From assembly GCA_963972815.1 (NCBI GenBank), contig CAXAXS010000007.1, positions 11,675 through 75,674 on the forward strand: 64,000 nucleotides of DNA, in the 5' to 3' direction. The position numbers were made by a program, and so were the translations under genes. Below are positions 1 through 7,792 of this stretch, piece by piece. Position 1 is the stretch's first letter; every line of letters starts with the position of its first letter. The notes under the pieces were generated by a model. The model did no database searches, was not told the origin of the DNA, and saw nothing but the letters and a program-made list of their open reading frames with translations. The DNA is from an uncultured Halobacteriovorax sp. Its GTDB lineage: Bacteria; Bdellovibrionota; Bacteriovoracia; Bacteriovoracales; Bacteriovoracaceae.

Positions 1-6
1 TTTTCA

Positions 7-543
7 TTATTTCTTCTCCTTTTTAGCTTTATAGCAAATTGAAGCCAGAAAATATTTTTCAGGTGACTGCATCGTGTGTGAGCAACCGTACTGTTTGTGC
101 ATAGAATCTGATAACTTCGTCGCAATTAAAATAGTGTCTTCGTGTACCTTCTCACCAAAGTCTTTAGTGCTTTTGATTTCGAAACTTACACTATATTGAC
201 CAGTAAACTCATCAACTAGCTCTAGTTTTTTAATTTTAAGTGATCTTAGATCAACTCCAACATCAAAGACACGATCGCCCTCAACGGGAGGGTTCCAAAT
301 GGGATTATGGTACTTAAGATTCTTATCGCTCAGACATTTAAACTTATAGGATAAACTAGCACCTAGCATCTCGCGCTTGATCGCTTGTTTTGCAATTTCT
401 TCGAGCGACTGCTTTTGACAATAGTTTGCTGTAAAACTTTTTTGCGCCCAAGCACTGGAGCTAAAGAGTAAGAGCGTGATAACAATTTTAGAAAACATAA
501 AAATCCGCCAAGTTAGCTTTATCTGATTAAGCTTATCGGACAT
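7..543 (-). CDS. hypothetical secreted protein
   Basis: 178-aa ORF. The hydrophobic N-terminus FSKIVITLLLFSSSAWA-QK resembles a Sec signal peptide. An alternative ATG lies at 498. No family recognised. Confidence 0.5.
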   Translation of the reverse strand: MSDKLNQIKLTWRIFMFSKIVITLLLFSSSAWAQKSFTANYCQKQSLEEIAKQAIKREMLGASLSYKFKCLSDKNLKYHNPIWNPPVEGDRVFDVGVDLRSLKIKKLELVDEFTGQYSVSFEIKSTKDFGEKVHEDTILIATKLSDSMHKQYGCSHTMQSPEKYFLASICYKAKKEKK

Positions 544-610
544 CTACGGATTTACTAAAATTTGGGAGTAAAAAACAGAGTAACTATTAGTAATTAAAGA
601 GAAATAATGA

Positions 611-634
611 GCCAGCTAAAGATTTTTAGCTGGC
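611..634 (-). terminator. putative rho-independent terminator downstream of the kamA-like gene
   Basis: Perfect 10-bp inverted repeat gccagctaaa / tttagctggc with a 4-nt loop, 15 nt past the minus-strand stop at 650. On the minus strand it is followed by a T-rich run (tcattatttctcttt). Confidence 0.5.
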
Positions 635-649
635 ACAAATAGTTGGCGA

Positions 650-2011
650 TTATTCAACTTTCTTGATTGCCTCATCAACCATGGCCTGACGAGTTTTCTC
701 GTCCATCCATCTTGCCTGCGCATCTTTTGAAAGTTTGTGAATTGGATCAAAATAAGTAAAGAGTTTGCCCGGCTTAACGTTAGGTGCACTCCAAACTGAA
801 ATTCCATTTTCTTCATCATAATATTCGTAACTGGCCACGTGTCGTTTGCCACCACCACCAGGTAGGTCACATACAAATGTTGGAGTATTAAAGCCCGCTG
901 TTGTACCACGTACGGCTTTTTCTAGCTCAACCCCTTCTCTGATCGTTGTTCTAAAGTGCTCACAGCCAGGAACCATATCGTGCATATAAACGTAGTAAGG
1001 TTGAACATTCATAAATGCAAGTTTGCGAGTGAGTAGAACCATTTCTTCTACAGAGTTATTCACTCCAGCCTGAAGTACTGCTTGGTTTCTTACGATAATG
1101 CCTGCATCGAACAGGCGATCACAGGCTTGTTTGCTCCAATCAGTAATTTCGTGAGTACAAGAAAAGTGGGTGTGAACCACGACTTGCTTGCCCATATCGC
1201 GACCCATTTTGTGTAGACCCATAAGGGCTGCAAACCAAGCATCATCAGTTAAAAATTTCTGAGGATAAATGGCAACGCCTTTAGTGGCGATACGAATTCT
1301 TCTAATGTTTGGAATATTGAGCAGGCTCTCCCCTACTTCAGTCAATTGAGCGGGCGTAAGCATGGTAGCGTCGCCGCCAGAGAGAACAACATCTTCTACT
1401 TGTGGCTGGGTTTTAATATATTCAAAAACGGCTTCCCATTTCTTCTTATTAACACCGTAAGTTTCTTTTTCAACTGACTCAGTAGAACCACCAATGAGGC
1501 GTGAACGAGTACAGTATGAACAATAAACCGGGCATAAGGTCGTTGGAAGAAACAAAACTTTATCGTGGTAGCGGTGAGTAAGTTCTTCAACCGGAGAGTC
1601 TTCATCTTCGGCCAGTGAATCCTCAGCATAATACGGGTGATCAGGAAGGAACTGACTACCAAGAGGAAGGAACTGCTTACGAAGTGGATCATTAACTGGG
1701 TCGTCCCAATTAATCAGCGCAAAGATATAAGGCGTAATACGGATATTCATCGGGGTGATATGCTGTCCCTGAATCATATCGTCATAAGTTTCTTTAGATA
1801 AGCGAGCGCCTAATACTTTTTGCGCTTGATCAACTTTTCTAATTGAGTGCTTGAGTTGCCATCTAGCATCTGCAAATTCCTCTCGCGATACATCAGCGTA
1901 TCCGGGAATTGCGCGCCAGAATTCATCACTTTTGAAGTGACGATGCTGCTCCATTGTTGGAGCTAGAATTTTTGTATTTTTGCCACTAGTTGTGTGAACA
2001 GAAGTTGCCAT
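650..2011 (-). CDS. kamA: lysine 2,3-aminomutase-like radical SAM enzyme (KamA family)
   Basis: 453 aa. Radical SAM triad CPVYCSYC (CxxxCxxC), SGGD motif, and C-terminal PGGGGK. Collinear with my recollection of Clostridium LAM (THRY..V, QPYYVY..D, EHFRT). Both Asp positions recalled as binding the lysine epsilon-amine appear present (HDMV, VCDLPGGGGK). ATG preceded by GGGAGA. Confidence 0.8.
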   Translation of the reverse strand: MATSVHTTSGKNTKILAPTMEQHRHFKSDEFWRAIPGYADVSREEFADARWQLKHSIRKVDQAQKVLGARLSKETYDDMIQGQHITPMNIRITPYIFALINWDDPVNDPLRKQFLPLGSQFLPDHPYYAEDSLAEDEDSPVEELTHRYHDKVLFLPTTLCPVYCSYCTRSRLIGGSTESVEKETYGVNKKKWEAVFEYIKTQPQVEDVVLSGGDATMLTPAQLTEVGESLLNIPNIRRIRIATKGVAIYPQKFLTDDAWFAALMGLHKMGRDMGKQVVVHTHFSCTHEITDWSKQACDRLFDAGIIVRNQAVLQAGVNNSVEEMVLLTRKLAFMNVQPYYVYMHDMVPGCEHFRTTIREGVELEKAVRGTTAGFNTPTFVCDLPGGGGKRHVASYEYYDEENGISVWSAPNVKPGKLFTYFDPIHKLSKDAQARWMDEKTRQAMVDEAIKKVE

Positions 2012-2132
2012 GGAATCTCCCTAAACCGATTTCCCCAAAACATTTTTTTGAGCATCAGTATTATCGCATCATTCAGACTTTATCGAGTAAGATTCGGCAT
2101 AACCTACCCTAATATTTTCAAATACTTAACTA

Positions 2133-3605
2133 TTAATTTCGCCGAAGTGCAACAGGTACAAAGAGTTTGTCTAACAGCTCAAAGCCAGCGTGGACAACTA
2201 GCGCCAGGGCACCGGCCGGTATTGCACCTTGTAAGATCATATCCTGATCATTGAGTGCGAGACCTGTAACAATAATCTGCCCCAAGCCTCCTGCTCCAAT
2301 AAAAGCCGCTAACGTAGCTGTACCCACATTGATAATGGCCGATGTTTTTATCCCCGACATGATTGAAGGGCTGGCCAGCGGCAATAAAACAAAGCGAAGC
2401 CGTTGAAATTTACTCAAGCCCATCAGCTGTGCACTTTCTTTAAGTTTAATATCTATTGAAACAAGGCCTGCGTGAGTGCCTCGAACGATTGGTAATAAAG
2501 CATACAAAAAAAGTGCAATAATAGCTGGCTTTGGCCCAATACCAAAAAATGGAATGAGTAGACATAACAAAGCGAGTGAAGGAATGGTTTGAATCACTCC
2601 ATTAAGACTTAATAGGAATTGGCCAATAAATTTATTTTGAGAAGCGATAATTCCAAGTGGTAGCCCTATGAAAATAGCCATTACCAAGGATAAGATCACA
2701 AGCTTAAGATGTTCTTTTGTTCTGAGTATGATTCTGTCCCAGTTCCAGGCCGGTAACAAGTTTTTTTGAATCTGTTTACCCTCAAGAAAAAATCTTGCAG
2801 CTTGAGAAAAACTTAAACCATCAAGCTCGACTAATGCATTGAGCTTGGTCATTGTTTTATTATCAATTTTTCCAACCAGGCGCGATTCAAGGACTTGCCA
2901 CGTTTGCGGGAACTCTTCTTTTAGATTTGAGTTTGCTAAAAGTACGGACAGATAAGCTGGAAAGAAATTTAAATCGTCTTCCAGGATAATGAGCTTATAT
3001 TTTTCAATTTTGGCATCGGTTGAGTAAACTTCAACCAAGTCTACTTTGCCATCCTCGAGTGCTTGATAAGCTAGGCTATGCTCCATGGCCTTAACATCTT
3101 TTAACTTAAATCCATAATGCCTCTGAAGTTTAACTAGCCCATCTCCTCTTTTCATGAACTCGTGTGAAAATGCAGCTGGAATATTATTATGAGTATTTAG
3201 CTGGGAAAGCTTACTTAGATTAAGCTCTCTTAGCAGAGAGTCCTTTATCGCAAGCGCGTAGGTATTATTAAAGCCTAAGCTCTCACTCATCGTTAGGTTT
3301 TGATTTGCGAGCTTTTCATTCAAACGTTTATAGTCCTTAAGACTGGAGTCTTTTAAAATACTCTCTGAGATAGTACCGGTGTATTCAGGATAAAGATGAA
3401 TTTCACCTTTTGTTAAAGCCTGAAATGTAATTCCGGTCCCGCCTAATCCAAATCGTCGTTCTACGTCTGCTTCGCCGACGGACTCCGCTATTTGCGCAAC
3501 TATTTCAGCCAGAATATAGCTTTCGGTAAAGTTTTTTGATCCAACTTTCAGAGTTTTCGCCTGTGCACTACTCATCAAGAGAATAAAAATGGCTAATATT
3601 TTCAT
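2133..3605 (-). CDS. osmoprotectant (glycine betaine/choline-type) ABC transporter, fused substrate-binding domain and permease
   Basis: 490 aa. Signal peptide MKILAIFILLMSSAQA, then an OpuAC/OpuCC-like binding domain (KVGSKNFTESYILAEI). The C-terminal ~210 aa form a multi-TM permease with an EAA-like loop (ESAQLMGLSKFQRLRFVLLPLA). ATGA overlap with the upstream ATPase gene. Confidence 0.75.
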   Translation of the reverse strand: MKILAIFILLMSSAQAKTLKVGSKNFTESYILAEIVAQIAESVGEADVERRFGLGGTGITFQALTKGEIHLYPEYTGTISESILKDSSLKDYKRLNEKLANQNLTMSESLGFNNTYALAIKDSLLRELNLSKLSQLNTHNNIPAAFSHEFMKRGDGLVKLQRHYGFKLKDVKAMEHSLAYQALEDGKVDLVEVYSTDAKIEKYKLIILEDDLNFFPAYLSVLLANSNLKEEFPQTWQVLESRLVGKIDNKTMTKLNALVELDGLSFSQAARFFLEGKQIQKNLLPAWNWDRIILRTKEHLKLVILSLVMAIFIGLPLGIIASQNKFIGQFLLSLNGVIQTIPSLALLCLLIPFFGIGPKPAIIALFLYALLPIVRGTHAGLVSIDIKLKESAQLMGLSKFQRLRFVLLPLASPSIMSGIKTSAIINVGTATLAAFIGAGGLGQIIVTGLALNDQDMILQGAIPAGALALVVHAGFELLDKLFVPVALRRN

Positions 3606-4342
3606 GCAATAACTCTTTTCATCGGTGTTTGCGCTTGAACAAAGTCGCGTACAAAATCATTCCGTGGATTCTCTAGTAATTCTTCAAAACTGCCCTGTTG
3701 AACAATTCGCCCTTGATCAAGAAGTGTAATCACATCACCAAGAAATGAAGCAACATGAAGATCATGAGTAACGAGAACAACAGTTTTGTTCAATTTTTTA
3801 AAAATACTTTTTAGATGCCTTTGCAGATTCATGCGAACAACTGGATCGAGCGCCGACAGCGGTTCATCTAATAAAATAATAGGCTGATCCAAAATTAGCC
3901 CTCTTAGTAGTGCGACTCGCTGTCTTTGACCGCCAGAGATCTCATGGGGGAAGCGCTTTAATTGCGGAATGGTCAGATCAATTGCCGCAGCAAAAGCTTC
4001 GAGACGTTCAGTCGCTTTTGCTATATCAAGCCCTCTGATTTTCACAGGAAGTAGAACATTATCTATTCCATTCAAATGAGGAAGTAATCCTCCCTCTTGA
4101 ATGACATAGCCAATCATATCTGAAATCTCTCGCTTGGAGAGACTCGAAACCAGTTTGTTGCCAATTGTGACTTCTCCCTGGTCAGGGCTTGTCAGTCCGG
4201 CAATCATTCTAAGGAGAGTTGTCTTACCACAACCACTTGATCCCAATAAAATATGTGTTTGTCCGGTCGCAATAGAAAGAGTCAGTCCAGGAATGACCTG
4301 CGTCGCCCCAAAGCTCTTGTGAGCATCATTAATTTCAATCAT
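3602..4342 (-). CDS. ABC transporter ATP-binding protein (osmoprotectant uptake type)
   Basis: 246 aa. Walker A GSSGCGKTT, signature ISGGQRQRVAL, Walker B ILLDEPLSALD, H-loop VTHD. No C-terminal CBS domains. Confidence 0.85.
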   Translation of the reverse strand: MIEINDAHKSFGATQVIPGLTLSIATGQTHILLGSSGCGKTTLLRMIAGLTSPDQGEVTIGNKLVSSLSKREISDMIGYVIQEGGLLPHLNGIDNVLLPVKIRGLDIAKATERLEAFAAAIDLTIPQLKRFPHEISGGQRQRVALLRGLILDQPIILLDEPLSALDPVVRMNLQRHLKSIFKKLNKTVVLVTHDLHVASFLGDVITLLDQGRIVQQGSFEELLENPRNDFVRDFVQAQTPMKRVIA

Positions 4343-4458
4343 GAAAAGATTATCCCCATTCTTAGACCATATGTCTCGGCGGCAAGCTTCACCTATTATA
4401 ACTTATATTGGCAACAAGGCTGCTCAGTCTTTAGAATAGAGATATAAATGGAGTTATT

Positions 4459-5526
4459 ATGTTATCTCGTCTGATCATTTTCATCAGTCTTTTGCCAAAC
4501 CTCGCCTTGTCTAAAGTTGACTGGAGTAGCGAGCTAGCTATTTCTTCAAATGCGACTTACGTAGAAAGCTCAACCCAACAAGCACGTAGTTTTGGCGTTA
4601 TCCCCGAGCTTAAACTTTCCGTTACAATCAAAGAGAATTTAATTTTTCATTCAAAAGCATCGGCGATTTTAGAAACAGGATCATTCAAAGGCACGTTAGT
4701 CGATGAGTTTAAGCCAGATCAACAAGTGCTACTTAACTATGGATACTTCTCGTACAAACCCTTCTCTTTGAGCCAGATTGAATTTGGTGCCCTACCGATG
4801 AACACAAGAGCACCACAGATATTAATTGCCAGTGGTCGTTTTCTAGGAGCTGAACTTTTACAAAGTATTCCGCTATGGGGCGAAGCCAAGTTGAACTTAT
4901 ACGCTTTAAGTGCAATTCCCTCGAATCAAGAATTAACCAACCGATTAGGTGGAGTCTCTGAGGGGACCCCAGGTTATCAACAACTAGGACTAGACCTGAA
5001 TCTTCCGGGAGATTTAGTCGCAATCGGTTTTAAAGCTTTTGCGTGGAACTATAATAATGTGACAGGAAATGTAGCCTATCAAAGTGGATTTATGGGTAAT
5101 CAAACTCAAGGAATCGGAAGCAGTAATACAAGGTTTTCTTATGAGTATGAAGGCCTAGGTTCAAGCCTTCAAATCAAAGGCGAGACGCAAAGCTTTAAAT
5201 GGGGCCTGACCACTGACTTCATCTATAACGACGCCGCACCAGATACTAGAAATCAAGCGCTTAGAGTAAGTCCATCAGTTACTGTGAGCGACCATCAAAT
5301 AAGTCTTTCATGGTTTGAAATTGAAGCGGATTCAGCCATTGGCTACTACAATGAAGCTAGTTACGGGCACACCAATAGAACTGGCATATCTCTAGATTAT
5401 TTCATGCCACTAGGCAAAGAGGAATCTTTTGGTCTTAGCATGGCTAGAAGTAAAACCTTAAAAGCGACCTTACTTCAATCTGATCAAGATGTTTTGAAGA
5501 TGTGGTGGCGTCTCCAACTAAAATAA
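4459..5526 (+). CDS. hypothetical outer-membrane-like protein
   Basis: 355 aa. Signal peptide MLSRLIIFISLLPNLALS and an alternating amphipathic, Gly/Tyr/Ser-rich sequence typical of beta-barrels. SD aaatggag upstream. Confidence 0.5.
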   Translation: MLSRLIIFISLLPNLALSKVDWSSELAISSNATYVESSTQQARSFGVIPELKLSVTIKENLIFHSKASAILETGSFKGTLVDEFKPDQQVLLNYGYFSYKPFSLSQIEFGALPMNTRAPQILIASGRFLGAELLQSIPLWGEAKLNLYALSAIPSNQELTNRLGGVSEGTPGYQQLGLDLNLPGDLVAIGFKAFAWNYNNVTGNVAYQSGFMGNQTQGIGSSNTRFSYEYEGLGSSLQIKGETQSFKWGLTTDFIYNDAAPDTRNQALRVSPSVTVSDHQISLSWFEIEADSAIGYYNEASYGHTNRTGISLDYFMPLGKEESFGLSMARSKTLKATLLQSDQDVLKMWWRLQLK

Positions 5527-5539
5527 ACTGAGTTAAAAT

Positions 5540-7753
5540 ATGGACAAAGATCAATCAACTACGCCCGTCACCTACCGTCGCCATGAACGCACATGCGATG
5601 TTTCGCGACTCTCTAGCGGCGTTGCAAAGCTTAGTGGTGACAATATTCATGATATCGCCTTTGGGCTTGGTATTGCGCATGCACGAGACAGATCGCTTCA
5701 AATGGAAATGGCCAGACTTGCAGGGCAAGGAAGATTGAGTGAATGTCTAAAGTGTGATGATGAAACTGAAAGTATCGATATTTTTATGCGCGAAATGGGC
5801 ATGGCCTATGAAGCAAAAAAAGAAGTTTCTCAAATCTCAACGATAGCAAATGACTATTTGCAAGCTTACGCAGATGGTGTCAATTATGTTTGGGAGAATG
5901 AAAAAACACCATGGGAGTTTAAGCTCGTTCGACATAAGTTAGCGCCGTGGAAGCCTGAACACAGCCTTCTAACAATTAAGCTCATGTCCTATATTGGGCT
6001 TGCTCAGACTCAAGAAGATATCGAAAGGCTCATCATACAGTCTGTAAGGGATGGGATAGATCTCACCAAACTTAAAAGTCTCTTTTCTCCACATCTTAAT
6101 GAGCTAAGTTCAAAGCGAATTGAGTATTTGCGAAATGTGAAATTTCTAAGATCAAGGCTTCCTATTGAAATTAAAACATTAAGTTATTTACCTAAACTCA
6201 TTGCCAGCAATAACTGGGTTATAGCGCCAGCGAAATCAAGTTCAAAAAAACCCATCATGTGTTGTGATCCACACCTAGAGGTGAATCGCTTACCTGCTGT
6301 CTGGTATGAGCTGCACGCAAAAACACCAAAAAACTTCTTTTTGGGTGCCACAATGCCAGGAGTTCCAGGCCTTATCATGGGGAGAACAAAAGAAATATCA
6401 TTCAGTTTCACCTATGGTTTTATGGATATGGTTGATTTTTTTATTGAAGATATTCGCGATGGAAAAGCCATTCATGAAGATGGTGAAAAAGAACTAAATC
6501 TAAGAACAGAGACAATTAAGAGAAAAGGTAAAAACGATTTACTGCATAAAATATTTGAAACACAGTCTGGTGTTCTTGAAGTACCAGTTGCCAATAAGAT
6601 TGAAGATGGACTCTACCTATCTCGCGCTTGGACCAACCAAAAAGGTGGAACAGGCGATACCGTTGAAGCCATAATGGGCATACAAGAGTCCGTCACCGTT
6701 GAAGAGTTTAGAACTCATGCTGCCAAAGTTTCAATTTCATGTAACTGGCTGGTAAGTGATAGCTTAGGACAAATTCTCTACCAACAATCTGGTCGTGCCC
6801 CTTTAAGAAGTGGTAGCGGATTAGTTCCACTCGAAGCTTGGATTAAATCAAATCTATGGCAAGGCATCGTTGATCCAAGAGACCTTGAAACGATACGAAA
6901 CCCCAGTGAAGGTTATCTTTGCAGCGCTAATAACTTAATCGAAAATTCAGGTCCCCATCAGGTGCTTAACCTGCCAATGGGACCCTACCGCCATGATCGC
7001 ATAAGAGACGTACTTAGCGGTTTAACACAAATAGATCCGCAAAAAATGATGACGTTGCAAAATGATCTTTATTCATTACAAGCAGAATTATTTTTAGCAG
7101 TCTTTGAAGGCGATTTTCCACAGACACCACTTGGTCGCTCACTTTCTCAATGGGATCGTTGTTATAATTTAGAAAGTGTCGAAGCAACTTTATTTGAAAA
7201 TTTTTATCGAAATCTATTAAGTGAAGTTTTTGGAGATAATTTCTTTGGTAAAGACTCATTGCTTTTCCTGCAAAATGAAACTTCTACAATCACAGATTAT
7301 TATTATTTATTTGATCAAATTCTTTTAAGTGATGATGAGGAAACACTAGAGCTTTGGTTTGGTGGTGCTCAAAAGCGCAAGGATATTTTTCAAATTTGTT
7401 TATCGCGAACATTATCTCAATCTAATTCCTATCAACTATTACCATGGGGAGAAACAAATACTATTTCCATGGATCATCTTTTTTTCCAAGGCAGGCTTCC
7501 AAAGTTTCTAGGCTTTGATCAACCAAAACTTGGGCTTCCAGGCGGACGAGCGACTATTGTTCAAGGCGCAGTTTATAAAGCTCATGGTCGCGCTTCAAGT
7601 TTTGCACCTTCTTGGCGTATGATTGCAGATATGTCAGACGAAAAGATTTATACCGTTTTAGCAGGAGGAGTCTCCGACAGACGCTTTCACTCGAGCTATA
7701 AATCGGAAATATCGAATTGGTTGGCCGGACGCTATAAGACTATTCAACTGTAA
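5540..7753 (+). CDS. penicillin/AHL acylase family Ntn-hydrolase (peptidase S45)
   Basis: 737 aa. N-terminal alpha-subunit signature GLGIAHARDRSLQMEMARLAGQGRLSE. Autoprocessing/nucleophile motif S223-NNW (agc at 6206-6208, ...LIA|SNNWVIAP). No signal peptide, and an in-frame TAA lies two codons upstream of the ATG. Confidence 0.8.
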   Translation: MDKDQSTTPVTYRRHERTCDVSRLSSGVAKLSGDNIHDIAFGLGIAHARDRSLQMEMARLAGQGRLSECLKCDDETESIDIFMREMGMAYEAKKEVSQISTIANDYLQAYADGVNYVWENEKTPWEFKLVRHKLAPWKPEHSLLTIKLMSYIGLAQTQEDIERLIIQSVRDGIDLTKLKSLFSPHLNELSSKRIEYLRNVKFLRSRLPIEIKTLSYLPKLIASNNWVIAPAKSSSKKPIMCCDPHLEVNRLPAVWYELHAKTPKNFFLGATMPGVPGLIMGRTKEISFSFTYGFMDMVDFFIEDIRDGKAIHEDGEKELNLRTETIKRKGKNDLLHKIFETQSGVLEVPVANKIEDGLYLSRAWTNQKGGTGDTVEAIMGIQESVTVEEFRTHAAKVSISCNWLVSDSLGQILYQQSGRAPLRSGSGLVPLEAWIKSNLWQGIVDPRDLETIRNPSEGYLCSANNLIENSGPHQVLNLPMGPYRHDRIRDVLSGLTQIDPQKMMTLQNDLYSLQAELFLAVFEGDFPQTPLGRSLSQWDRCYNLESVEATLFENFYRNLLSEVFGDNFFGKDSLLFLQNETSTITDYYYLFDQILLSDDEETLELWFGGAQKRKDIFQICLSRTLSQSNSYQLLPWGETNTISMDHLFFQGRLPKFLGFDQPKLGLPGGRATIVQGAVYKAHGRASSFAPSWRMIADMSDEKIYTVLAGGVSDRRFHSSYKSEISNWLAGRYKTIQL

Positions 7754-7792
7754 AAAGTTTAGACACTTTCACATTGATATCCAACAACTTAG

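Noticed and set aside
616-909. 97-aa minus-strand ORF overlapping the 3' end of the kamA-like gene
   Set aside because: It is out of frame within a well-supported gene, and its 3' end runs through the terminator hairpin.
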